In this document: positions 41,917 to 51,514 of the stretch, piece by piece | Layout: each line of letters starts with the position of its first letter | Numbering within the stretch: the first letter of the stretch is position 1 | Source: Spirochaetota bacterium | GTDB taxonomy: Bacteria; Spirochaetota; UBA4802; UBA5550 | Direction of reading: 5' to 3' | DNA: 64,000 nucleotides | Assembly (NCBI GenBank): GCA_963664815.2 | Contig: CAXXHB010000003.1 | Location: forward strand, 352,001-416,000 | Notes under the pieces: generated by a model | What the model was told of the DNA's origin: nothing | Seen by the model: only the letters and a program-made list of their open reading frames with translations | Databases searched by the model: none | Position numbers and translations under genes: made by a program

Positions 41917-43572
41917 ATGGTACTTACTACTTCGACCCTGACAATTATCGGGTTGGCAATCTGGACTTTTGGATTTTTAATCATCAGCGGATACCTGCAG
42001 AAAACTTATCTCAAATTTAAGCCAGGCAGGAAAGTTCCGGCAGTTGAATTCCGTGATGACGTGGATTTTTATCCAGCTAATCCGGTAACTCTGTTTGGAG
42101 ATCACTGGGCTTCAATTGCCGGTGGAGCTCCTTTAGCCGGAGGAGCAACCGGTGCTATGTGGGGTTTTCTGCCCGCATTCCTTTACATCACCGTAGGTAA
42201 CATATTTCTGGGATCACCCCATGACTATGCTACAATGCATCTATCCATGCGCAAAAAAGGTATGACTATAGGGCTCCTTATCAGGGAACTTATAAGTGAA
42301 AGAGCCGGTAAGATGGGTGTTTTTCTCGGATGGTGCAGTATTGCTGCGTTTATGGCTGTTTTTTTAACAGCGCTTGCCAAGCTTTTCGTGGCTACTCCTG
42401 AAATGACACTTCCTACATTTGCGTTCACAGGCTGCGGAGTTATGATGGGTTTTCTGATTTATAAGTTCGGCTGGTCAGTAACAAGAGCGACAGCTATTGG
42501 TATAGTTATAGTTGCAATTTGTATTGTTCTGGGTATGTATCACCCGATAAGTTTACCGTTTTATGTCTGGTTTGCTATTTTCACTATTTACCCGGTTGTT
42601 TCAGCTTCTATTCCTGCCTGGATGCTGGTTGAACCGAGAAACTTTCTTAATTTCTGTTTTATGTGCGTAGGTGCGACAGCACTGTTAATCGGCTGTATCG
42701 TTGGTAATATTCCAATTCAGCTGCCGGCAGTTATAGCCACCACAAAACAGGGTCCACTATGGCCTATGCTGTTTTTAACGATCTCATGCGGAGCATTAAC
42801 CGGAATGCACTCTTTCTGGACAACGGGATATACTTCAAGACGTGTTCCTGATGAGAAATATGTACGTATTATCGGTTACGGCGGCGAAGTGCTTGAAGGT
42901 CTCACTGCATTTGTAGCCCTGGCTTCTGCAGCTGTTCTTCCGTTAGCTGTATACACTGAATATATAGCCAAGGGCTGGATATTTATACTTCAGAACGGCT
43001 ATGCACAGATTGCAGGAAGTGTATTTACTTTTATTACCTATCACTCCTGGGCTGTGTGGGGAGGATTGCTTGGAAGTATTTTTATGATCACAACGCTGGA
43101 ATCCGGCGCACGAAATATGAGAATTTTTATGCTGGAACTCTGGGGAATGTTTGTTAAACCTGTATCTCCTAATAATGGGGCGGCTAAATGGGGAGCTGCA
43201 TCTCTTTCACTTGTTGCCTGTGCTGCATTATCTCTTTCCGGAGGATGGTTCTATATCTGGATTCTATTCCCCGCGCTATCAAGTCTGCTTGCGTTGATGT
43301 CATTCATGACAGTTATCATATGGCTTAAGCTGGTTGGAAGACCTACAGGGTATTTCTGGTTTGCATTGCTAATCACAACTTTTGTCATAGCATTACCGGG
43401 AGCAGGTTACCTCAGCTATACGTATATAGTTAAAGGTATGTATCATCTTGCCTGGATACCGGCTCTTGCGATTGTACTGACAGCATTTTTCTATGTTGAC
43501 TTCTTCAAGAAAAAGAATTCAATAACTGCTCAGGAAATTGAAATAGCTTCAAAAGTTGAAGAAGCTGTTTAA
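41917..43572 (+). CDS. CstA-family (carbon starvation A; peptide/carboxylate:H+) transporter, divergent
   Basis: PA....DDVDFYP, LFGDHWASIAG, PHDY, LFLTISCGALTGMHS, IGYGG; ATG 41917 is better spaced from AGGAG than GTG 41908. Confidence 0.85.
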   Translation: MVLTTSTLTIIGLAIWTFGFLIISGYLQKTYLKFKPGRKVPAVEFRDDVDFYPANPVTLFGDHWASIAGGAPLAGGATGAMWGFLPAFLYITVGNIFLGSPHDYATMHLSMRKKGMTIGLLIRELISERAGKMGVFLGWCSIAAFMAVFLTALAKLFVATPEMTLPTFAFTGCGVMMGFLIYKFGWSVTRATAIGIVIVAICIVLGMYHPISLPFYVWFAIFTIYPVVSASIPAWMLVEPRNFLNFCFMCVGATALLIGCIVGNIPIQLPAVIATTKQGPLWPMLFLTISCGALTGMHSFWTTGYTSRRVPDEKYVRIIGYGGEVLEGLTAFVALASAAVLPLAVYTEYIAKGWIFILQNGYAQIAGSVFTFITYHSWAVWGGLLGSIFMITTLESGARNMRIFMLELWGMFVKPVSPNNGAAKWGAASLSLVACAALSLSGGWFYIWILFPALSSLLALMSFMTVIIWLKLVGRPTGYFWFALLITTFVIALPGAGYLSYTYIVKGMYHLAWIPALAIVLTAFFYVDFFKKKNSITAQEIEIASKVEEAV

Positions 43573-43652
43573 GGGTATCACAGTCTCAGGTTGAAAATAT
43601 AGATCCCTCAGAAATAAGAGGAATTAAAAATGGTTTTAATTTGAAAATATAG

Positions 43653-43690
43653 CGATAACCGGGTGAAGTCTTCTTTACCCGGTTTTATCG
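43653..43690 (+). terminator. Rho-independent terminator after the cstA-like gene
   Basis: CGATAACCGGGTGAAG-TCTT-CTTTACCCGGTTTTATCG. Confidence 0.65.
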
Positions 43691-43925
43691 TTAAGATAAA
43701 TCACAAGAGGGACTGTTGTGAGATGCTTATAAAATATTGATAGACAGAACAGTAAATATTTATTAAATTATAATTCAGTAAGATTTGCTGTAATATTATA
43801 TGAAATAATGCTTAATGGGATGATTCGTTTCAATTAAATCCCGTATATTTTTTCAGGATATCATAAGCATTAGCGTTATCTGTGTGAAGGTTTGAAGCAG
43901 TAAAAAAATCAGGAGGTGTTAAATA

Positions 43926-44192
43926 ATGCAAAATGGTGAATTAACACAGGTTCAAAAACTTTATCTTGAAGCTTTAAAAGACGGTCCAAAAGAATCAGGT
44001 CAACTAACGACTATTGTGCGAAATAGGCTTACTCAGATTAAAAGCGGGAATAATCCTGTAGGAGCGACAGGGAGAGCTCAGGCAGTGCTGGATGAGCTTG
44101 AAAAAGACGGTTATATTGTTGTAATATCGAAGAAGCTTTTCGGTGGTAAAAAATATGACATTACAGATAAAGGTAAAGGAATTATTGGTTAG
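43926..44192 (+). CDS. Small winged-helix (PadR-like) protein
   Basis: AGGAGG RBS; L.ALKDGP....L, LDELEKDGYI, YDITDKGK. Confidence 0.75.
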   Translation: MQNGELTQVQKLYLEALKDGPKESGQLTTIVRNRLTQIKSGNNPVGATGRAQAVLDELEKDGYIVVISKKLFGGKKYDITDKGKGIIG

Positions 44193-44198
44193 GACAGC

Positions 44199-45167
44199 AT
44201 GACAAAAATGCATCAGGCGAAATTAGAGATCCTTAATAACCGCTTGGATCGTCTGGAAAAAGACGTTCAGAGAATACAGGCTTATAATGGCAAGGGGATG
44301 AAGGCTGATAATTCGCTCAATGATGTATACTCCAGTTTTGTAAACATGGGAGAAATCCTTAAGCAGACTCAGGCAGAGAATAACAACAAAACAGATGAAT
44401 TAAATGATATATGTGTAAGGTATAAAGATCTGTTTGCTAAATTTGAGTTCGTTGCAGATGAATTCAATTCGCAGAACAAAGGTATGGTTCTCGTAAGTAA
44501 AAGAGCCATACCTGAATTTTTTTATAATATAACCATGCGCTATCGCAGGTTCTGGAATATATATGAGAAGATTGCAACCTTCTTTGGAGTTGGAATTATC
44601 GCTTTCACTTTAATCATATTGACATACTTTTCTGCTTATGGTCACTTCCCGTTGTTACAACAAAACAGTGGAGGAACACAGGCGATAAAAGCTTTTGGGT
44701 TTATAGCTGGTCTTGTTATAGGGCTATGTGTGCATGAATTTGCTCATGGAGTTGTTCTTGCTAATAATGGCATTAAAATCAAACAGGTAGGTGTGATGGC
44801 AGGTTCTATGGTCGGAGGATTTATAGAGGCTGAAGAGACTACTTTTTTCCAGGCTGACCGGAGAGTACATTTAAGATTTAATGCATCGAGTATCGGAACC
44901 AATGCTTTGCTGGCTGTATTATTGGGATTAATTGCGATGTTAACTTCTTCCGGACTTTTATTATACCTGTCATTAGGAAATCTGTTTTTTGGCATAATAA
45001 ATTCATTTCCGATTCTCCCTCTGGACGGGGGATGGGTTTATGAAGATTTAATTAATATTTACCTGACAAATAAAATCATCAGAAAGATACTACTATATGC
45101 AAGATTTGCCTTTGCCATACTTTGGCTAATCCTTTTTACTTTTTCTGTTCTCTCGTATCATTCATAG
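44199..45167 (+). CDS. Site-2 protease (M50) family membrane metalloprotease with coiled-coil N-terminus
   Basis: HEFAHG zinc motif and NSFPILPLDGG motif. Confidence 0.9.
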   Translation: MTKMHQAKLEILNNRLDRLEKDVQRIQAYNGKGMKADNSLNDVYSSFVNMGEILKQTQAENNNKTDELNDICVRYKDLFAKFEFVADEFNSQNKGMVLVSKRAIPEFFYNITMRYRRFWNIYEKIATFFGVGIIAFTLIILTYFSAYGHFPLLQQNSGGTQAIKAFGFIAGLVIGLCVHEFAHGVVLANNGIKIKQVGVMAGSMVGGFIEAEETTFFQADRRVHLRFNASSIGTNALLAVLLGLIAMLTSSGLLLYLSLGNLFFGIINSFPILPLDGGWVYEDLINIYLTNKIIRKILLYARFAFAILWLILFTFSVLSYHS

Positions 45168-45446
45168 CATGTTAACCAATATCAGCGGACGTTGAGTAAT
45201 TAGCCGTTTTGCTGTTAAGTGTTTTGTTAGGTGCTGCATCAGTTTCAGATGTTTGGGTTATAGTTTTGCATATATTATAACTTATCCATGTATGTAGTAA
45301 CATTCAGCGGGGAGAGAACAGCTGAATCGGTCTGAGTATGAAATTTACAGATGAAACCTGATAAGAATCTGCTCAAAGTATCCTTTATGAACCTGAAATA
45401 TTCATCGTACACCGGACTTCACAAAACATTTACATTTAAAAAATGA

Positions 45447-45490
45447 GACCCATGACTGTGAAATTATAAATCAGTTTATAGTCATGAGTC
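45447..45490 (-). terminator. Hairpin downstream of the small lipoprotein gene
   Basis: GACCCATGACTGTGAA...TTTATAGTCATGAGTC imperfect inverted repeat with an A-run on its left (U-tract on the minus strand). Confidence 0.5.
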
Positions 45491-45524
45491 ATCAGATCAA
45501 TTTTTTTCTACCGGTAGATCCATG

Positions 45525-45728
45525 TTATTTAAAATTGAAACCGGATGCATTATCAACTTCCTTTTTCATATCATCTTCTTTATCTGTTTTAGTTGCTGAA
45601 GCATCAGTTTTCTTTTCTTCAGCCGCAACCGGAGAAGACTTATCTGCTTTTTTGCAGCTTGTGAAAGCAAAACCTGACGTTAATACCAAAGTAAGTACAC
45701 ACATTACAGCGAGAATCTCTTTCTTCAT
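45525..45728 (-). CDS. Small lipoprotein
   Basis: AGGAG RBS; MKKEILAVM...FTSC lipobox; charged mature part. Confidence 0.75.
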   Translation of the reverse strand: MKKEILAVMCVLTLVLTSGFAFTSCKKADKSSPVAAEEKKTDASATKTDKEDDMKKEVDNASGFNFK

Positions 45729-46048
45729 AAAAATACAACTCCTGTTATAATAATTTTTTAACCCTTAATATATCATGGGTTAAAAAAAGCAAAAATATTT
45801 TTTAAATTTTTTTATTTTGAATAAAGTACAGCGTGAGTATCGTTGATAAGGTGAAGCGATGATTGTTGCGAAGTAAAATTTTTATGTTGAGTAATCTGCC
45901 ATTCAACATCCATCTGTTGGTATACTTTTTCGGATTACGGATTTCTTTCTTATATGTTTTAACTTCTTCGGGGCAACTAAGATGAAACCACTACGTATTC
46001 AATTCGGCATTCCGGAGTTGAAAGTCCTACCGGATGATGTGAAAAAAA

Positions 46049-46064
46049 TGTCAACTTTCTGACG
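46049..46064. promoter_or_regulatory. UAS candidate upstream of the hdr operon
   Basis: TGTCAACTTTCTGACG, about 160 bp upstream of the sigma54 promoter. Confidence 0.6.
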
Positions 46065-46220
46065 CCACTATTCAAAAAACGGGCACATCTTAATTCTGAA
46101 AATCTGACAATTGAAAAATATTATTAATAAAACACAGAATGAATAAGAATATTAATAATAAAACCTGTTTAAACTGGAAGAATTTAGCTTAAAGAGGCGC
46201 TTTATAATGGTTTTTATAGC

Positions 46221-46237
46221 TTGGCATGATTATTGCA
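46221..46237 (+). promoter_or_regulatory. Sigma54 promoter of the hdr operon
   Basis: TTGGCATGATTATTGCA, near-consensus GG-N10-GC. Confidence 0.8.
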
Positions 46238-46289
46238 TATTTATAATAAATAATAATACAAAAATATTTATTTTTTTTGGAGGTATAGT

Positions 46290-46883
46290 TTGCCACGAGA
46301 ATCGGAAAAAGATTGGGACGATCAGCTATTCCAGAAAGTTGACAGATATAAACTGGCCCAGAATCTTGAAAGCTGTCTTCAATGCGGGAAATGCACGGGT
46401 AACTGCCCGGTTGCTGCGCTTACTACTTCTTATAATCCAAGGGCAATTATCAATGATATACTATCAGGGAATATATCCAGACTGCTGGACAGCGAAGAAA
46501 TCTGGAGATGTTTCTGGTGTGCAAATTGTTACAGGGTATGTCCGGTTGATATCAGTTATCCAATGCTTATGATGCAGCTCAGATATTTGGCACTTGAAAA
46601 TGGATACGGATTAAAATATGTCGTCAATATAAATAAATTTACATACAAAGCTCTTGATGAAGGTCTGAGTTTTGTACCCGGTGCGAAAGGTATAGAACGT
46701 ATAAAAAAACTTCGCACTGCGATAAACGTTTCTCCATGGCCTGAAGTATCAGAAAGGGCTAAAAAGGAATACAGGGAAATATTTGAACAAACCGGAGCCG
46801 TGGCGTGGATGAAAAAGATTGAATCTCAGGAGGAGAAAGGACTGAGAATGAGCTTCGCAGAAGGGAGAATTACAAATGAGTGA
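46290..46883 (+). CDS. hdrC: Heterodisulfide reductase-like subunit C (copy 1)
   Basis: CLQCGKCTGNCP and CFWCANCYRVCP; TTG start after GGAGG. Confidence 0.9.
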   Translation: MPRESEKDWDDQLFQKVDRYKLAQNLESCLQCGKCTGNCPVAALTTSYNPRAIINDILSGNISRLLDSEEIWRCFWCANCYRVCPVDISYPMLMMQLRYLALENGYGLKYVVNINKFTYKALDEGLSFVPGAKGIERIKKLRTAINVSPWPEVSERAKKEYREIFEQTGAVAWMKKIESQEEKGLRMSFAEGRITNE

Positions 46884-47835
46884 TAATATTCAAGTCAGGG
46901 TAATCAGACCGGAAGAACGGATACCGGAGATACCGGAAAAAATATTTCTTTTCCGCAGCTGTACCGGAAGCATGGAATACCCTGGAACAGAGCTTGCTGT
47001 CAAAACAGTACTGTCAAAAATCGGTGTTGAGGTTATAATGGATCCGGACCAGACATGCTGTTCGGGATATATACTAACATGTTCCGGGTATACACCTGAA
47101 GCTTCACTGGCGGTAACTGCAAGGAACCTCGCTATGGTTGAACAGAAGTATAATCTGGATACATATGCCTTTTGTAATGGATGCTTCGGATATATGCGCG
47201 AGTTGTCTCACATAGTAAATCATGCACCCGGCATGAAAGAGCAGGTGAATGAGCTTATAGGAAAATGGGGATATAATTATAAAGGTAAAACTACAATTTA
47301 TCATGTGCAGGAATTGTATTATCTATTGATAGATAGAATCAAATCTCTTGTTGTACGGCCTCTTAACGGTTTGCGGGTGGCATCACATTACGGCTGCCAT
47401 TACCTTGCTCAGCAGTATGGAATTCTTGATGATGGTGATTTGCCGACATTTCATGAAAAGATATATGAAGTTCTTGGAGCAACACCGGTTTTTTACAAAG
47501 AGAGAAGAATGTGTTGTGGTTATGCAGTAGGACGGGGATTTACTCACAAAGAAAGTATGGTGCAGCCTCATCTGTCAAGGAAATTTGACAGCGCCAAAGC
47601 GGAAGGAGTACAGCTTATGACTACTGTCTGTCCGGGATGTAACACAGGGCTTGACAGGGAACAGTCTAATCTTGCGGCAAAGGGATTCGGCCCTTATAAT
47701 ATTCCTGTTATAGATCTGTCTCAACTGATCGGGCTCGCTATTGGTTTGCCGATAAAAAGCCTCGGATTTCAGGCAAACAGCGTATCTATGGATGGTGTAT
47801 TAAATTTTTTGGGATTAAATAAGGAGATCGATTGA
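46876..47835 (+). CDS. hdrB: Heterodisulfide reductase-like subunit B (copy 1, divergent)
   Basis: Two CCG domains: FRSC...QTCCSG...CNGC and HYGCH...MCCG...CPGC. Confidence 0.9.
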   Translation: MSDNIQVRVIRPEERIPEIPEKIFLFRSCTGSMEYPGTELAVKTVLSKIGVEVIMDPDQTCCSGYILTCSGYTPEASLAVTARNLAMVEQKYNLDTYAFCNGCFGYMRELSHIVNHAPGMKEQVNELIGKWGYNYKGKTTIYHVQELYYLLIDRIKSLVVRPLNGLRVASHYGCHYLAQQYGILDDGDLPTFHEKIYEVLGATPVFYKERRMCCGYAVGRGFTHKESMVQPHLSRKFDSAKAEGVQLMTTVCPGCNTGLDREQSNLAAKGFGPYNIPVIDLSQLIGLAIGLPIKSLGFQANSVSMDGVLNFLGLNKEID

Positions 47836-48878
47836 TGAAAGATAAAACTGTTCTTGTAATAGGCGGCGGAATAGCCGGGATGGAAGCCGCATTGCAGATT
47901 GGTAATTCCGGTTATAAAGTTATGCTTGTGGAAAAAGAAAACTCACTCGGGGGAACTCTCCTCAACCTGTACAGCAGTTTCCCTCGGTGGGAGGATCCTG
48001 CCAGACTTGTGCAGATGAAATATGATGATCTTAAAAATTGCGGGAATGTTCAGATAAAAACCGGAACAGTACCTGTTGCAAGCACAAAGCAGGGAAAGGG
48101 ATACATTGTAGAACTCAAGGGTACTGACGGGCAGAATGATAAAGTTCAGGCTGATGCAGTTGTAATTGCAACGGGTTTCGGGCTTTTTGATGTTTCTGCA
48201 TATGGCGAATATGGATATGGCGAATATGATAATGTTCTCAATACACTCGAGTTTGAAGCGAAACTGAAGGAGTGGATTGAAGATAAATCAGGAATGATAA
48301 AAAAACCCAAGACAATTGCTTTTATCAAATGTGTCGGCTCGCGGGACAGGTCAAAAGGGTATCCTTACTGTTCTAAAATTTGCTGCATGATAACTGCAAA
48401 ACAGGCTGGACTTGTTAAAGATATTCTCCCGGACGCAAAATGTTTCGTTTTTTACATGGATTACCGTGCAGCGGGAAAGGAATACGAGGAATTTGTGCGT
48501 ACTGTTATTGAAGAAAAGCATGTTCGTTATGTCAGAGGCAGACCAGCCAAGATTCTGCCTGAAAACGGCAGAATGACTTTAAGGGTTGAAGATACTCTTA
48601 TGGGTGTACCTGTTGAGGTAAGGGCTGATATGGTTGTACTGGCTGCTGCAATAGAACCGAGTGCGGGGACAAAGCAAATGGCGGAGATTTTCAGACTGGA
48701 GTCAGATCATTACGGATTTTTGGAGACGGTTTACGGAAGTCCTTCAAGAGCATCTGATATGATTTTTGTCGCGGGTTCGTGTACATATGCGGTAGAGACA
48801 AAAGGGGCCCTGCAGCAGGGAGCATCAGCAGCAGCTGAAGTATTGGCCATGTTCGGCCGTGAAAATACAGGAGAATGA
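47832..48878 (+). CDS. hdrA: Short heterodisulfide reductase-like subunit A (FAD plus one Fe-S cluster, no ferredoxin inserts)
   Basis: VIGGGIAG, EYGYG, CVGSRD...CSKICC, FYMDYRA; only 348 aa. Confidence 0.9.
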   Translation: MMKDKTVLVIGGGIAGMEAALQIGNSGYKVMLVEKENSLGGTLLNLYSSFPRWEDPARLVQMKYDDLKNCGNVQIKTGTVPVASTKQGKGYIVELKGTDGQNDKVQADAVVIATGFGLFDVSAYGEYGYGEYDNVLNTLEFEAKLKEWIEDKSGMIKKPKTIAFIKCVGSRDRSKGYPYCSKICCMITAKQAGLVKDILPDAKCFVFYMDYRAAGKEYEEFVRTVIEEKHVRYVRGRPAKILPENGRMTLRVEDTLMGVPVEVRADMVVLAAAIEPSAGTKQMAEIFRLESDHYGFLETVYGSPSRASDMIFVAGSCTYAVETKGALQQGASAAAEVLAMFGRENTGE

Positions 48879-48879
48879 T

Positions 48880-49476
48880 ATGTCAGAAACAGTCCGGCAG
48901 ACATCAGAAGTTTTTTATCATTTAGTAAAACTGGATGAAACAGACAATAGACTGGCTGATGAAATAAAACAGAGCTGCGGTGTTGATATTGAGATGTGTC
49001 TGGAATGCGGTAAATGCACTGGCGGCTGTTCAAATACTCATATATTCGATTTTACACCACGGAAAATTATACAGCTTATAAAACTCGGACAGGAGGATAA
49101 ACTGTTGCATATGGATTCTCTGTGGACATGTGTTTCATGTCAACTCTGCTTTGACCGCTGCCCTTCAGGGATCAGCGTAGCCAGAATTATGGATTACCTT
49201 CGTGAAAAAAGTCATAAAAAAAATATTAAACCCTCACGTGAAAACGTTATGCTGTTCCATGAAATAGTATTGAGGTCAGTTCAGCATTCAGGAAGGCTTC
49301 ATGAACTTGGTTCCGTTATGCAGTTCAATATAAAAAGCGGAATGTTATTCAAGGATACGGAGCTTGGCATTAAAATGTTTTTTAAAGGCAAATTGAGTCT
49401 TTTTCATTTTAAAATCAAAGGCGTAAAACAGGTAAGACGCTTATTTAAATATTTTTATGCCGGGGGTGAAAAATAA
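48880..49476 (+). CDS. hdrC: Heterodisulfide reductase-like subunit C (copy 2)
   Basis: CLECGKCTGGC and CVSCQLCFDRCP; ATG 48880 preferred. Confidence 0.9.
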   Translation: MSETVRQTSEVFYHLVKLDETDNRLADEIKQSCGVDIEMCLECGKCTGGCSNTHIFDFTPRKIIQLIKLGQEDKLLHMDSLWTCVSCQLCFDRCPSGISVARIMDYLREKSHKKNIKPSRENVMLFHEIVLRSVQHSGRLHELGSVMQFNIKSGMLFKDTELGIKMFFKGKLSLFHFKIKGVKQVRRLFKYFYAGGEK

Positions 49477-50351
49477 TGATAAATGTAGCTTATTATCCCG
49501 GTTGTTCTTTAAAAGGAATGGCCAGCGAATATGATAAATCATCCCGCATTGTGTGCAGCCACCTGGGAATAAAACTTCATGAAATTAAAAACTGGAATTG
49601 CTGCGGGGCCACATCGGCTCACAGTTTAAATCATAACCTTGATATAAGTCTTTCAGCCCGTAATCTTGATATTGTAAAAAGCATGAACCTTGACCATGTG
49701 ACAAGTCCATGTCCTGGATGTTTTAGCCGCCTTAAAGGTTCATCTTTTGAAATGAGGAATAACACGGCAGTCAGAAATACAGTCGAGAAATTCCTGGGGA
49801 GATCCGCACCTGTTGAGCCCGAGGTCAGCAGTATGGTTCAGCTTATTGTTGAGAATAACAGTATGAAAGAGATTGCAAGTCATGTGGTAAAACCTCTTAA
49901 CGGGCTGAAAGCAGCCGTGTACTACGGGTGCCTTCTTACAAGGCCAAAAAAGATTGTGGGATTTGATGATCCGGAAAAGCCGATGTCTCTGGATTTTATA
50001 ATGCAGTCTGTTGGAGCTGAGACCGTCACCTGGGGCTGTAAAGCCGAATGCTGCGGGGGCGGATACTCTGTTTCGGAAACAGATATCGTTATGGATCTTT
50101 CATCCAGAATTTTGGAGTCAGCCCATCAGTCAGGTGCTGAGGCTATTGTTGTTGCATGTCCGCTTTGTCAGGCTAACCTGGATACAAGGCAGAAAGCTAT
50201 CAGTGAAAAGCAGGGGATTAAGTATAATTTACCTGTTATCTACTTTACTCAGCTTATGGGACTTGCTTACGGAGATAAGTCTTCGTCACTGGGGTTCAGG
50301 CGTCTGTTTATCAGTCCATTCAAACTTTTAAAATCAAAGGGGCTGATATAA
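49476..50351 (+). CDS. hdrB: Heterodisulfide reductase-like subunit B (copy 2)
   Basis: YYPGC, WNCCG, CPGC, YYGC, ECCGG, CPLCQ. Confidence 0.92.
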   Translation: MINVAYYPGCSLKGMASEYDKSSRIVCSHLGIKLHEIKNWNCCGATSAHSLNHNLDISLSARNLDIVKSMNLDHVTSPCPGCFSRLKGSSFEMRNNTAVRNTVEKFLGRSAPVEPEVSSMVQLIVENNSMKEIASHVVKPLNGLKAAVYYGCLLTRPKKIVGFDDPEKPMSLDFIMQSVGAETVTWGCKAECCGGGYSVSETDIVMDLSSRILESAHQSGAEAIVVACPLCQANLDTRQKAISEKQGIKYNLPVIYFTQLMGLAYGDKSSSLGFRRLFISPFKLLKSKGLI

Positions 50352-50381
50352 AAATAAAAAATTAAGGAGGTAATAAAAAGA

Positions 50382-50415
50382 CTGCCTGAAAGCTGGGGCT
50401 TTTCAGACAGCTTTT
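50382..50415 (+). terminator. Terminator-like hairpin after hdrB2
   Basis: CTGCCTGAAAG-CTGGGG-CTTTTCAGACAG followed by CTTTT. Confidence 0.55.
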
Positions 50416-50527
50416 ATAAAAAACACAAAGATCATTTTTCACACTTAATTGTTATTTTCAGGAGTTAGAATTAAGAGTTACTCAATGACTTAAAGGCATT
50501 TTAATATTAATCAAGGAGTGAAATCAA

Positions 50528-51514
50528 GTGAAAAACAAGCTTATTTCAATACAAGAGGCAGTAAAAAAATATACATGGGACGGTATGACTTTTGCCCATG
50601 GCGGTGCTTTACCTGTAGGTTCCGACTGTATAGCATTCTTTCGTGAAATGGTTCGCAATGGAGTAAAGGATATAAACTGCATTTCAAACTGTAATACACA
50701 GGGATCAAATCTGCTTGCCGGTGCCGGTCTCATGAAACGTATGGAGGTCGGGTTTTCCGGTCTTGAGGTATATGGTTTTGCCAACGGTCTTAAAAGGGTT
50801 GTGGAAAGCGGCAAGACAATTCTTGAAGACTATTCCAATGGAGCAATTCCACTCAGACTCATGGGTGGTGCTTTAGGCTGGCCATTTGTTCCCACATTTA
50901 TATGCACAGGTTCCGGTCAGCAATCCTGTTCTGCTGATGAACCGGATGTTTTTCCAAATAAAAAAAAGATACCCGAGATTAAAGATCCTTTTACCGGAGT
51001 TACAATGGGAGCTATGAAAAGTCTCACGCCTGATCTTGCAGTGATCCATGTAACTATGTCTGATATATACGGGAATGCGATTATGCTTGGTACGGAATGG
51101 AGTCGTTTTGAACTTTCCCGTGCATCTAAAAAGGTTATACTGCAGACAGATTATATTGTTGATACTGACTGTATAAAACAGTTTCCGAACCTTGTGAGGA
51201 TCCCTGATCTTGTTGTTGACGGAGTTGTCTATTGGCCCATGGGTGTATGGCCGGCATGTTCAACAGGTGTTTATGACAGTGATGAAGAACATATGGGGCT
51301 GATGAATAAACTGCTTAAAACAGAGGATGGCACAAAAGAATACATAGATAAATATGTCAGGAGTTACACCACATATGAGGAATACCTGGAAGTTATAGGC
51401 AAGGATAAGATCAAAACTCTCAAAGATACAGCAACCGCATTTTTAATGGATCCTTATAAAAAATGGATAGTAAGCGATTCTGAGATCAAGTCTTCGATGG
51501 GGGGAGGTAAATAA
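50528..51514 (+). CDS. Family I CoA-transferase alpha subunit (GctA-like), copy 1
   Basis: KLISIQEAV, LEDYSN...RLMGGALGWPF, PDLAVIH..SDIYGNA. Confidence 0.9.
   Translation: MKNKLISIQEAVKKYTWDGMTFAHGGALPVGSDCIAFFREMVRNGVKDINCISNCNTQGSNLLAGAGLMKRMEVGFSGLEVYGFANGLKRVVESGKTILEDYSNGAIPLRLMGGALGWPFVPTFICTGSGQQSCSADEPDVFPNKKKIPEIKDPFTGVTMGAMKSLTPDLAVIHVTMSDIYGNAIMLGTEWSRFELSRASKKVILQTDYIVDTDCIKQFPNLVRIPDLVVDGVVYWPMGVWPACSTGVYDSDEEHMGLMNKLLKTEDGTKEYIDKYVRSYTTYEEYLEVIGKDKIKTLKDTATAFLMDPYKKWIVSDSEIKSSMGGGK

Noticed and set aside
45830-46030. Possible transposase or gene remnant before the hdr promoter
   Set aside because: No recognisable protein motif, terminal inverted repeats or target duplication.
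48876-48878. hdrA TGA as a second selenocysteine or read-through
   Set aside because: hdrC2 starts at 48880 in another frame and no SECIS-like hairpin was seen.
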